Part shown: piece by piece, positions 1 to 10,275 of the stretch
Layout of the letters: every line of letters begins with the position of its first letter
Position numbering within the stretch: the stretch's first letter is position 1
Source of the DNA: Mantamonas sphyraenae STR306
Lineage: Eukaryota > Protista > CRuMs
Assembly: GCA_026936335.1 (NCBI GenBank)
Contig: JAPMXV010000019.1
Span: forward strand, 1 to 64,000
DNA length: 64,000 nt
Direction of reading: 5' to 3'
Translations under genes and position numbers: made by a program
Notes under the pieces: model-generated
Seen by the model: only the letters and a program-made list of their open reading frames with translations
The model's database searches: none
Told to the model about the DNA's origin: nothing

Positions 1-200
1 CTAACCCTAACCCCTAACCCTAACCCTAACCCTAACCCTAACCCTAACCCTAACCCTAACCCTAACCCTAACCCTAACCCTAACCCTAACCCTAACCCTA
101 ACCCTAACCCTAACCTAACCCTAACCCTAACCCTAACCCTAACCTAACCCTAATTCTAACCCTAAGCCCAATCCTAATCCTAACCCTAACCCAACCCTAA
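1..200. repeat. Telomeric repeat array (CCCTAA)n, TTAGGG-type, degenerating inward
   Basis: About 30 CCCTAA units from base 1. Variants (CCTAA, TTCTAA, CCCAA) accumulate after ~110. Confidence 0.98.
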
Positions 201-475
201 TCTTCTCGTCTCCCCTGTGGCTGTGGATATTATGATTCCGGTCTATGTCAGATGAGTTGCGCTTGTGTCTGCTGGCGGGGTGGCTGAGTTGGGTGGTGAC
301 ATGGGGCAGTGGGCAATGGGTGGGAGTGGAAATGTCGCTTGTGAGTTGCCGTCGTCCTGCAACGCCGCGCAGTCAGCTTTGCCCATCCGCCTTCAACCAA
401 AGTATCACCAACACCCACAACTCCCTCCACCAGTCCAACACAATCCACATACACTCCACTACCACCACCTCCACC

Positions 476-3400
476 ATGGACAACGGCTACTCAAGCACTC
501 GGAAGCAACAACACACACCCAACACCTACCCAGCGTGCGTTCTGCCTTCCACTCCGTTTTCTGACTGCCCGCTTCTCCCGCTTCCTTGCCTCCTCCATGC
601 CTCCGTCGCTTCACTGCACTCCTCCTCTGCATGTCCACTTCCCCATCACCACCGTCGCTGCCTTCTCCGCTCTTCTCCGATTCCCCTCTCCCCTGTCACT
701 GTCCTCCCCGTTGCCAGTTTTCCGGTCTGCCAATCTCCTCCGTTTTCCCTCCCTGCTCGTTCCATCCCTTCACCCCGCTTCTGCTTTGACTGCGTCCATT
801 CCGCCTTCCGCTCACCGTTCCCACTCCGCCCTCCTCTCTCCGTCTCCCCCACAGCTACGCGTACATGGTCCCTCCCATGGCTGCCCAGCCGTTTCCGAAC
901 ATGCTGCCCGTCTCTGGCGTACAAATCCCGTACCAGCACCCACAACCACCCATCATCTGGGTCCCTGTCAACACCTATCCCCAGCAGCACTACGCATATG
1001 CTCACCAGGGCCACCTATACTACGCCTACCCTCCTACGCCGCCTCCTCAGCCACGACAAACCACCCAGATGCACTTCGCTCAGCCTCCGTTGCACCCTCT
1101 GCCTGCTCAACCCACCACAAACCACAACCGCGTCCCTAAACGCATCAGCCCTGCCTTTGTTGGCATCACGCGGACCACATCCACCACCACATCGTCGTCC
1201 TCCTCCCACCAGGCCACACGGCAGACTGGAGACAGCGACGACGACGACGCAGACCAGGACACACCCACACATGACACCGGCGACGTTGATGTTTCTCAAC
1301 TTTGGCCACCGAGAACCACGAACAACCTCCAGCAACTTAGAGTGGATGACCAGCTCAGGGATGGAGGCGTACGAAGAAGACGGCGAGGCAAACGACGCAA
1401 CCCAGCAGCACGTGGAGGACGTGTTGGACACTCAGGGCGCACTCAGCTTCTCAGACACTGGCGATGCCATGGATGAGGAGTACATGCCGCAAGACGACAG
1501 CGACGACGACACAGACGACATGGAGCAGGAGGACACGGACGAGTGGCAGCCGAGACTCACAATTAGAGGCCACCGACGAGGAAAATACGCCAGTCGTCTT
1601 GCTGTTTCACCAAAGGTGAAAGGCAGCGGACAGCGCAGGGTCAGGGTCACGGCTGGCAGTGGCACAGAGACAGGAACGTCGAGCACACGAGCAAGCAGGG
1701 CCAAGAACGGAGACAACGGCGCACGGAAGAAATCAGGCGTGGACAAGACGAGCAAGTTGCCAGATGGGGTTGTGCGCAAAGGGTGGAAACTGGGGCCCAG
1801 TGACGACCGCAGCCACAGCAACAAGAAAGAGCACACGGCACTGCTGAACCACGTGCACACCCTGGCCAACGAGCATCCCATCGACAACATCCCCGACAAC
1901 ATGACCCTGCAGGCGCGTGTTGTGGTCTGCCATGGCACCCTGAACACGCTGGTCCGACAAATCCTTCTCGCTCTGGGCAACATTCCCCTCTCCCAGGGCG
2001 ACATGGCCCTCTGCCTCACCCTACTCGGCCGTGGCATGGATCAAAACGCGTGCAGCCGTGCCATCATCAAGGCTGGTTTGACCATGGGTGTGACAAAGGC
2101 TGGGTTGAAGGTGTGCTGGCTGGAGGAGCCACACGACCACGGCGACCCCAACTACGCCCTCCTCCACCTGCTCATGACAGAGATGGACAGCCTCGGTGAC
2201 AGCCCCCTTCCCACCAGCTGGAGGGAGCACGAGCAGACCCAGCTGTGGCTGCAGAAAGCACGACGCCCTGCTGACAACGACAGGGACCCACACTGGACAC
2301 AATGCGACTACGACCACCACGTGACCACCACCAAGGTGGACAAGTGGCATCCTGAGTCTGTGCGCAGTGGCTGGGCATCGCACTCTCCCAGCGACGAGCG
2401 TGGCAGCTGCACGGCGCGGGAGTTCCAGACGCTGCTGGCACACATGAAGACACGTGCAGCCAAGCACCCTCGCCATCAGCACGCTCACGAGCACCAGTCA
2501 CTGCGTGAGCTGATCAACAACGGCAGCTTGAAATCCCTGCTGCGACACATCATCCTGGCGCTGGGCAACGTTGGCGTGCCGCCTGTCGACCTGGCCTTCT
2601 TTGTCCGCCTCCTCAGGCCACACCTCACCTACAAGATGGTGCAACCTGCCATCAAGAACCCCATCACCCGCGGCGTCACCTCCCTTTCCCTCAAGATCGC
2701 CTGGCTCGACAAACCCAAACCCAGCGACGCCACACTGCACACCCTCCTCCACACCCTCATCGACCGCATCACACCCCACATCACCACCCGCCCCACCACC
2801 ACAGACGCTGTCAACGCACTCGACATCCCCGAGCTTGTTCTTCCCGAGCCCACAGAGGAAGAGATGATGGCCGTGGAGGATGGACTGCCAGATGGCGTCG
2901 TGCGCAGTGGCTGGACAAAATGGCGCAAGAACGAGCGCATGCACAGCAACAAGAAGGAGCACACGGCACTGCGGAACCACATGCACACTCTGGCCGATGA
3001 GCATCCCATCGACGACATCCCAGACCTCATGACACTGCAGGCGCGTGTTGTTGTCTGCCATGGCACCCTGCTGACGCTTGTCCGACAGATCCAGCTCGCT
3101 CTGGGCAACATTCCCCTCTCCCAGGGCGACATGGCCTTCTGCCTCACCCTACTCGGCCATGAAGTGGATCAAATGGCGTGCAGCCATGCCATCCTCAGCG
3201 CTGGTCTGGCCGTGGGGGTGACAAAGGCTGGGTTGAAGGTGTGCTGGCTGGAGGAGCCACACGACCATGGCGACCCCAACTACGCCCTCCTCCACCTGCT
3301 CATGACAGAGATGGACACGCTTGGCAACAGGCCCCATGCCACCACCTGGAAGGAACACGAGCAGACCCAGCTATTGCTGCAGGAAGCACGACGCCCTGTT

Positions 3401-4033
3401 GACAACGACAGCGACCCACACTGGACACAATGCGACTTCGACCACCACCTCCCCACCAACAAGGTGGACAAGTGGCATCCTGAGTCTGTGCGCAATGGTT
3501 GGGCAGCACAGAGAACAACCGACGAGCGTGGCAGCTGCACGACGCGGGAGTTCCAGACGCTGCTGGCACACATGAAGACACGTGCAGCCAAGCACCCTCG
3601 CCATCAGCACGCTCACGAGCACCAGTCACTGCGTGAGCTGATCAACAACGGCAGCTTGAAATCCCTGCTGCGACACATCATCCTGGCGCTGGGCAACGTT
3701 GGCGTGCCGCCTGTCGACCTGGCCTTCTTTGTCCGCCTCCTCAGGCCACGACTCGCCTACAAGCATGTAAAAGGTGCCATCAGCCACACTCTCACCCGCG
3801 GCGTCACCTCCCTCTCCCTGAAGATCGCCTGGCTCGACAACCCCCAACCCAGCGACGCCACACTGCACACTCTCCTCCACACCCTCATCGACCGCATCAC
3901 ACCCCACATCACCACCCGCCCCACCACCGTTGCACTCGTCAACGCCTATCCCATCCCCTCCTTCACCCTGCCCAAGCGCAAAGACCCTTCCTCCTCCTCC
4001 TCCTCCTCCTCCAAACGCCAACGCCTCGAATGA
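476..4033 (+). CDS. Telomere-adjacent orphan protein: P/Q-rich N-terminus, acidic tract, four-copy helical repeat domain, C-terminal bipartite NLS-like motif
   Basis: ATG 476. Intron 535-854 (GTGCGT..CACAG) joins MDNGY..YPA in phase to YAYMVPPM. A +1 frame break near 1358-1360 (or a separate start at 1361) leads into the long ORF ending [19 protein letters not shown]. Confidence 0.6.
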   Translation: MDNGYSSTRKQQHTPNTYPACVLPSTPFSDCPLLPLPCLLHASVASLHSSSACPLPHHHRRCLLRSSPIPLSPVTVLPVASFPVCQSPPFSLPARSIPSPRFCFDCVHSAFRSPFPLRPPLSVSPTATRTWSLPWLPSRFRTCCPSLAYKSRTSTHNHPSSGSLSTPIPSSTTHMLTRATYTTPTLLRRLLSHDKPPRCTSLSLRCTLCLLNPPQTTTASLNASALPLLASRGPHPPPHRRPPPTRPHGRLETATTTTQTRTHPHMTPATLMFLNFGHREPRTTSSNLEWMTSSGMEAYEEDGEANDATQQHVEDVLDTQGALSFSDTGDAMDEEYMPQDDSDDDTDDMEQEDTDEWQPRLTIRGHRRGKYASRLAVSPKVKGSGQRRVRVTAGSGTETGTSSTRASRAKNGDNGARKKSGVDKTSKLPDGVVRKGWKLGPSDDRSHSNKKEHTALLNHVHTLANEHPIDNIPDNMTLQARVVVCHGTLNTLVRQILLALGNIPLSQGDMALCLTLLGRGMDQNACSRAIIKAGLTMGVTKAGLKVCWLEEPHDHGDPNYALLHLLMTEMDSLGDSPLPTSWREHEQTQLWLQKARRPADNDRDPHWTQCDYDHHVTTTKVDKWHPESVRSGWASHSPSDERGSCTAREFQTLLAHMKTRAAKHPRHQHAHEHQSLRELINNGSLKSLLRHIILALGNVGVPPVDLAFFVRLLRPHLTYKMVQPAIKNPITRGVTSLSLKIAWLDKPKPSDATLHTLLHTLIDRITPHITTRPTTTDAVNALDIPELVLPEPTEEEMMAVEDGLPDGVVRSGWTKWRKNERMHSNKKEHTALRNHMHTLADEHPIDDIPDLMTLQARVVVCHGTLLTLVRQIQLALGNIPLSQGDMAFCLTLLGHEVDQMACSHAILSAGLAVGVTKAGLKVCWLEEPHDHGDPNYALLHLLMTEMDTLGNRPHATTWKEHEQTQLLLQEARRPVDNDSDPHWTQCDFDHHLPTNKVDKWHPESVRNGWAAQRTTDERGSCTTREFQTLLAHMKTRAAKHPRHQHAHEHQSLRELINNGSLKSLLRHIILALGNVGVPPVDLAFFVRLLRPRLAYKHVKGAISHTLTRGVTSLSLKIAWLDNPQPSDATLHTLLHTLIDRITPHITTRPTTVALVNAYPIPSFTLPKRKDPSSSSSSSSKRQRLE
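1757..3970 (+). repeat. Direct tandem duplication of ~1128 bp (376 aa) inside the telomere-adjacent ORF
   Basis: LPDGVVR(K/S)GW starts at 1757 and 2885. Long stretches are near-identical at DNA level, e.g. 2413-2620 vs 3541-3748. Confidence 0.95.
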
Positions 4034-4065
4034 ACCACCTTTTTCATTCCCACACCCTCTCCACT

Positions 4066-6057
4066 TCACCCTCCCCTCCCCATCCACCTCAACACCCTCT
4101 CCATCACCTCATCTGGCAGTGTCACCCACCCTTCCCACCCTCCCTCCTCCACATACTCCTCCATTCCTCCACACTCAAACATCGCCTCCCTCTCCTCCCC
4201 ATTCATCACCAACGCCACCTCCATCGCCTCATCCACCTCCCCATCCCATCCAATCCAATGCCACGCCTTTCTCCACCCCTCCTCTCTCACCAAATCCACC
4301 GTTTCCACCGTTGGTCGTTGTGAGCGCTCCCTGAGTGCCTCCAACACCTTGTCCTGTCGATTTTCCACCGAAACCGTCACGCCATCCACGGCAACGCCCC
4401 AGTCCAATAGTTCTTTCACCTTGTCCACCATGCCCGTTTCTGCAGCCGTCCGGAAAGCCTTGGCCTGCTGGTTGTTGCGTTCAACGACGGCAATGCACTC
4501 CTTCACGGCAACACCATCAAGCCGAACACACGATCGATTGGAACTCATTCCCTCGGCCAAGGATGGATTTTGGTCCCTGCAGAAATGGTTGTCTGCCAAG
4601 TAAAGGTTTGTCAACGATGCGTTCCGCGCGAGTGCGGCGCCAAAAGCAGAAAGACCCACGTCCGAGATTTTGTTCGCGTCCAAGGAAATCTGTCGCAGAT
4701 CCCTGTTGTCCTCCAACATCTGTGCCACAGCTACAGCGCCTTCATCTCCACAGCCAGTGTCTCGCAAGTGCAGGGCTTCGAGGCGGGGGTTCGCTTTGGC
4801 CAGGGCGACAACACCAGCATCCCCAATACCATTGCTCGAGAGGTACAGTGACCTCAGTGTGGTATTTCCCGAAAGTGACGCCCCCAGTGCGGCTGCCCCT
4901 TCACCTGAAATCCGGTTTTGGCTGAGGTAAAGCATGCGGAGGGTACGGTTCGTTTTCAGCGCCTTGGCCAAGCTTGCTGCGGAACTGTCTCCGATGCCGT
5001 TTGAATCCACGTGAAGCGACTGAAGATTCCTATTCTCCCCTAAGGACGCAAAGATGGCCGTTGCACCCTCATCTCCGACGCAATTCCTGCTGAGGAACAG
5101 CATCTCGAGGGCAGTGGTGCGTAGTGCTGCTCCGATCTCAATGGCACCCTCGTCGTCTATGCGGTTGCTCGACATGAAAAGATTCCGCAATGTGTGATTG
5201 TGAGACAAACCAAAGGCAATCCCTGCTGCTCCTTTGCCGCCCAAAGCGTTGCGGGCAAGGTTCAAGGTTTGCAGTGTCGTGGTGGCTGCCAGGCCTTCAC
5301 CAATGCTTTCCCCACCTCGAGGACCAATGTGGTTCCAAGAAAGATTCAGCTCATGCAAGCTGTGATTGTCCGCAAGGGCGCTGCCCAGCGCGGAAGCACC
5401 TGCGTCTCCAATCGAGCAGCTATCCAGGGAAAGCCGGCGCAACGAGCGGTTCGCCGCAAGCCCATTGGCCAACTCCGCTGCTCCATCATCTCCAATCGCA
5501 TTGCTCCGCAGTGAAAGTTCACAAAGAGTCCGGTTGCCCTTGAGTGCGTTGCCAAGTGCGGCCGCTCCTTTCGCGCCAATTAGATTTTGGCCGACATGAA
5601 GCTCGCGCAAAGCTCCATGTTCAATTAACAACTCACTGAGAGCCACAGCACCCAAGTCTCCGATTTGATTGCTGGAGAGGGTCAGTTCCTGTAGATTCGC
5701 GCAGGAAGAAAGCGCAAAGCAAAGGGCAGCCCCTCCGGCAGCTCCAACGGTGTTTGCGTGAAGATTCAGCGTCGACAAGAGCGAATTTCCCGAGATTGAA
5801 TGAGCCAAACACTGTGCCCCCTCGTCTCCGATGCTGTTTCTCCCCAAAGCAAGGTTGATCACGCGCAGATTCCCCAGAACGCGCGCGAGCTCCTGGGCCG
5901 CACCATCATCAAGTTGGTTGCACTTCAGGTTGAGGGTGTGCAGCACTGTGTAGGACTCCAGTGCACCCGCCAGATGATGGAGTTCGTCGCGGCCGACGCG
6001 CGAGTTGCGAAGATTCACCTTTGTGCTCACATGCGTCAGCCCCTGCGTCCCCACCAT
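4066..6057 (-). CDS. RNI-like (28-aa) leucine-rich repeat protein with an ankyrin-like fragment and a C-terminal F-box-like motif
   Basis: About 19 LxxLxLxxNxIGDxGAxxLA repeats, then AAETGMVDKVKELLDWGVAVD, ending LPDEVMERVLRWMG. Likely ATG 6057. Confidence 0.85.
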   Translation of the reverse strand: MVGTQGLTHVSTKVNLRNSRVGRDELHHLAGALESYTVLHTLNLKCNQLDDGAAQELARVLGNLRVINLALGRNSIGDEGAQCLAHSISGNSLLSTLNLHANTVGAAGGAALCFALSSCANLQELTLSSNQIGDLGAVALSELLIEHGALRELHVGQNLIGAKGAAALGNALKGNRTLCELSLRSNAIGDDGAAELANGLAANRSLRRLSLDSCSIGDAGASALGSALADNHSLHELNLSWNHIGPRGGESIGEGLAATTTLQTLNLARNALGGKGAAGIAFGLSHNHTLRNLFMSSNRIDDEGAIEIGAALRTTALEMLFLSRNCVGDEGATAIFASLGENRNLQSLHVDSNGIGDSSAASLAKALKTNRTLRMLYLSQNRISGEGAAALGASLSGNTTLRSLYLSSNGIGDAGVVALAKANPRLEALHLRDTGCGDEGAVAVAQMLEDNRDLRQISLDANKISDVGLSAFGAALARNASLTNLYLADNHFCRDQNPSLAEGMSSNRSCVRLDGVAVKECIAVVERNNQQAKAFRTAAETGMVDKVKELLDWGVAVDGVTVSVENRQDKVLEALRERSQRPTVETVDLVREEGWRKAWHWIGWDGEVDEAMEVALVMNGEEREAMFECGGMEEYVEEGGWEGWVTLPDEVMERVLRWMGRGG

Positions 6058-6198
6058 ACCAAACAATGTACACACACAACACTCACTGTTTCCACACCAC
6101 CATTGCTGAGCGCTGTCAACACCGCATGCAGCTTCTCGTTCATCGTGCAAAATTGTTGGCGTTGCTGGGGCTGCAGCGCCACATGGCCCACAAAATTC

Positions 6199-9100
6199 AT
6201 GATGCACATTGTTCGCGCGATAGCGACTATCTTGCTATTGCTTGTCTGCGCATCCATTGCACATGGTCGTTTGGGGGTGGGAGGGTCTTTTGACGAATCC
6301 GATTCTGCATTGTCAACCCAATCGGAATGGGACAAAGAGAGGCATGATGTGCTTGACAACACATCTCAAAGTGACAGCGACGTGGAAGACCGCAAAGACG
6401 TGGGACAAGGGAAATCCGGTGGGGCGTCTCGGTGAGTTTGAGTTTGCGTTCGGGTGGCGAAAAAAAGGGGTGATGTCGACCCACAAAACACGCGCTCACA
6501 CGATGCAGTCTCGACACTGAGGCTGCGCGAATTTTCGCACGCGCCGCAGAAGAGCAAAGCAGAAAACGTGCTGATTATTTCAGGCGCCTAAAGATCCGGC
6601 AAAAGAAGGAACAGGCGCGCTACGAACGCATCATGGCCAAGCGCCGAGTTGAAGCCGCCAAGAAGCGGGCGGCGTTCCTTTTGGCTCAAGCTGAGCGCAA
6701 GCGCAAGCAGAAGGAGGAGGAGAAACGCGTACGCATCATCCTTGCGCAGCGTGCCAAGGAAGCTGCTGCAAAGCGAGCCGAGTACTATCGCCTGCTCAAG
6801 ATCCGGCAAAAGAAGGAACAGGCGCGCTACGAACGCATCATGGCCAAGCGCCGAGTCGAAGCCGCCAAGAAGCGGGCGGCGTTCCTTTTGGCCCAAGCTG
6901 AGCGCAAGCGCAAGCAGAAGGAGGAGGAGAAGCGCGTACGCATCATCCTTGCGCAGCGTGCCAAGGAAGCTGCTGCAAAGCGAGCCGAGTACTATCGCCA
7001 GCTCAAGATCCGGCAAAAGAAGGAACAGGCGCGCTACGAACGCATCATGGCCAAGCGCCGAGTCGAAGCCGCCAAGAAGCGGGCGGCGTTCCTTTTGGCC
7101 CAGGCTGAGCGCAAGCGCAAGCAGAAGGAGGAGGAGAAGCGCGTACGCATCATCCTTGCGCAGCGTGCCAAGGAAGCTGCTGCAAAGCGAGCCGAGTACA
7201 ATCGCCTGCTCAAGATCCGGCAAAAGAAGGAACAGGCGCGCTACGAACGCATCATGGCCAAGCGCCGAGTCGAAGCCGCCAAGAAGCGGGCGGCGTTCCT
7301 TTTGGCCCAGGCTGAGCGCAAGCGCAAGCAGAAGGAGGAGGAGAAGCGCGTACGCATCATCCTTGCGCAGCGTGCCAAGGAAGCTGCTGCAAAGCGAGCC
7401 GAGTACAATCGCCTGCTCAAGATCCGGCAAAAGAAGGAACAGGCGCGCTACGAACGCATCATGGCCAAGCGCCGAGTCGAAGCCGCCAAGAAGCGGGCGG
7501 CGTTCCTTTTGGCCCAAGCTGAGCGCAAGCGCAAGCAAAAGGAGGAGGAGAAGCGCGTACGCATCATCCTTGCGCAGCGTGCCAAGGAAGCTGCTGCAAA
7601 GCGAGCCGAGTACTATCGCCTGCTCAAGATCCGGCAAAAGAAGGAACAGGCGCGCTACGAACGCATCATGGCCAAGCGCCGAGTCGAAGCCGCCAAGCAA
7701 CGCGCAGTGGGGCTTCTCCCGACGCGCATGCGCCTTGCCTTCCCATCTGTGAAGCCGCAACTCCGCGCCTACCTCACAACGGCGTTTGCGACCTCACAGC
7801 AGCTGAAAGGGTTCAGTGTGGCTCTGATTCAACTTCAAAAGTCGTTGCAAGCTGCCCTCAAGCAAGCCACAGGCCCGTCGCGCTCTGCCGTCGTGCACGC
7901 ACAGCAGCTTCTTTCAAAAGCAACACGTGAAGCGATCGACATGAGAGTGCGTCTCAGTCGCTCGCTGGACACAATGGGGAACAGCCCACGCCCCAACCGC
8001 GTGCTGTTCTACACCAGCAAGCTTGTTGCAAGCAGGAGATCTCTCAACCGACATCTTGCGGCATTGGGCATGGGTTTGCATGCCCTCTGCAACGGGTTGC
8101 AGTACCACTCGTCGCGCGTGCGACTCCGCGACAACGACAACGACACCAACGGCGTCGATTTGCTGTCGCAAGCCCAGGAGTGGCGCAGGCAGTTCCAAAA
8201 CATGGCTGCTGCCGCCTCTCAGGCCACACAGACCGCAATCGACCAAGCGTCGGCGTACGCGTACGATGTGGCTTCGGAAGCGGTGCGACGAGGAATCCGA
8301 CTGACCAAGGAGAACGCTGACGCGATTCTGACTGTGGCAGGGGTTGTGGGTGGCACTGCGCTGTGCGGTCCACCGTGTGGAACAGCCGGTGGAGTCCTCG
8401 GAAGCTCGCTGGGCTCGTACATTGCCACCAGTGGCAGCCAAAAGGACAAGTTGGAGGCTGCAGCCACCAGTGCCATCTTGGGCATGATGCTCCCTGCACG
8501 CCTTGGCAAGATCGCCTTGAAGTACGGTGCCAAGCTCGGCCCGGTGAAGGAAGCCATTGCGCTTGTGCGCAAGTTTGGCGGCGATGCGGTCGAAGGAGCA
8601 CTCAAGACGGAGCAGAAACAAGCCGAGGCCTTTGTCGCGGGCATGCTGGACACGAAACTGGGCAAAGCGATTGTGAACCGCGTGGAAAAGGTTTCCTTTG
8701 GCAAGTCTCTTCCGGTTGGAAAGAATCTCGTGGAGATGATGAAGGAGGCTCTCACGGAGCAGGTTGCAGATCGCCTGCCTGCGCACGTCGTGAAGGAAAA
8801 GGCAACGGAGATGCTGAAGGAACTGGGCGAGGAATCCGTGAGGGCCCTTGCAGAGAAGATGGGGATCCACATCCCCACCGATGAAAAGGCCATTGTCAAG
8901 GCAGTTGTTTCTGCCATTTTCAACGACCAGTCGGCTCCCGAACCACGTCCGACGCTGACGAGCAACCAGCGGGTGGACGAGGGGCGCAAGCAGCTTGAAG
9001 GGATCCTGACGATGACCGCAGCCCAGAAGGCACGCATGCAGGAGGCCATTCGCGCACGGAAGATGGAGAAGCAAGTGATGGAAGAGGAACGCAAACAGAT

Positions 9101-10244
9101 GATGGCTCAGTACCGCCGCGACCGTGCGCGAGCACTGGCCAAGCAGAAGGCTCTCATTGCCCAGCGGGAGAAGGAGGGACAACGCAAACTGCGCGAGTCC
9201 ATGGCAAAGGCCCGCCGCGACCGTGCGCGAGCACTGGCTCAGCTGAAGGCACGCATTGCCCAACGGGAGAAGGAGGGACAACGCAAACTCCGCGAGTCCA
9301 TGGCAAAGGCCCGCCGCGACCGTGCGCGAGCACTGGCTAAGCAGAAGGCTCTCATTGCCCAGCGGGAGAAGGAGGGACAACGCAAACTCCGCGAGTCCAT
9401 GGCAAAGGCCCGCCGCGACCGTGCTCGAGCACTGGCTCAGCTGAAGGCACGGGCAGCTCAGCAACGGCGTGTTGAAGCTGCACTTCGCAAACGACTAGCC
9501 GTGCAGGAACGAAAACGAGCGCGCAGATGGGCCAAGCTGATGGCGAAGCATCGAGCCGAGGCCGCACGCCGTCGCCAGCAGCAAGCTGCTCTCCAACGTG
9601 CCTTGCGTGCTCGCCAGCAACAGGCAGCTGCGGCGCGACGCCAAAAGTATGCTCAGCAACGCGCTCAGGCTTTGGCTCAGTACGCAGCGCGGCGCCGAGC
9701 TGCTGCAGAACGCAACCGGCGCTTCCTACAAGCTCAGCAACGACGATACCAGCAACGTCGTGCCGCACAACAACGCCGCCGAGCCCAGCAACGTCGTGCC
9801 GCACAGCAACGCAGGCGAAGATCCTCTCCCCGGCGCCGCATCCGCACCGGCCGCAGGGTCCGACACCGCCACACCACACGCGCCTCCCTTCGCGCACGAT
9901 ACCATGCCCGTCAAAACCGCATCCGTTCCCGCCGACGACGACGACGAAGCTCCTCCCCCACCCTCTCCTCCCGCCGTTCCCGCCGCCGACGACGACGACG
10001 AAGCTCCTCCCCCACCCTCTCCTCCCGCCGTTCCCGCCGCCGCCGCCGCAGCTCTCACGCCAGCGGCGGATCATCTGTCGGCATTCGAAGGACCTCCCGC
10101 GGTGGCTTTGCCATCGTCGTCCGACGCTCCAGCCGCTCACGCCACTCTCGCCGCTCCTCCTTCTCCTCCTCGCGCTCGCGCTCGTCTCGACGTCTCTCCC
10201 TCTCTCGAACCCATCGCGCTCACTTTGGTGGACGACGGCGCTAA
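6199..10244 (+). CDS. Secreted, highly basic coiled-coil repeat protein with a central glycine-zipper hydrophobic segment and an Arg/Ser-rich tail
   Basis: Signal peptide MMHIVRAIATILLLLVCASIAHG. Intron 6432-6583 (GTGAGT..GCTGAT..TTTCAG) joins in phase to the 6633-10244 ORF. Confidence 0.75.
6591..7697 (+). repeat. Coding tandem repeat, 207 bp (69 aa) x ~5.3, near-identical
   Basis: AAGATCCGGCAAAAG recurs at 6591, 6798, 7005, 7212, 7419 and 7626. Confidence 0.97.
9113..9450 (+). repeat. Coding tandem repeat, 99 bp (33 aa) x ~3.4, alternating A/B variants
   Basis: CCGCCGCGACCGTGC at 9113, 9212, 9311 and 9410. KQKALIA alternates with QLKARIA. Confidence 0.95.
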
Positions 10245-10275
10245 GAAACACTCTTCTCCATTCCCCATTCCCCAT

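Noticed and set aside
245-1360. First ~370 aa of the 1262-aa ORF
   Set aside because: Largely intron (535-854) and off-frame sequence; C-rich DNA rarely contains stop codons.
200-4033. Telomere-specific retrotransposon or Y'-like helicase
   Set aside because: No RT, endonuclease, Gag knuckle or helicase motifs, and no poly(A) tail or LTR.
6591-7697. CRISPR-like array
   Set aside because: Contiguous in-frame 207-bp repeats without unique spacers, in a eukaryotic context.
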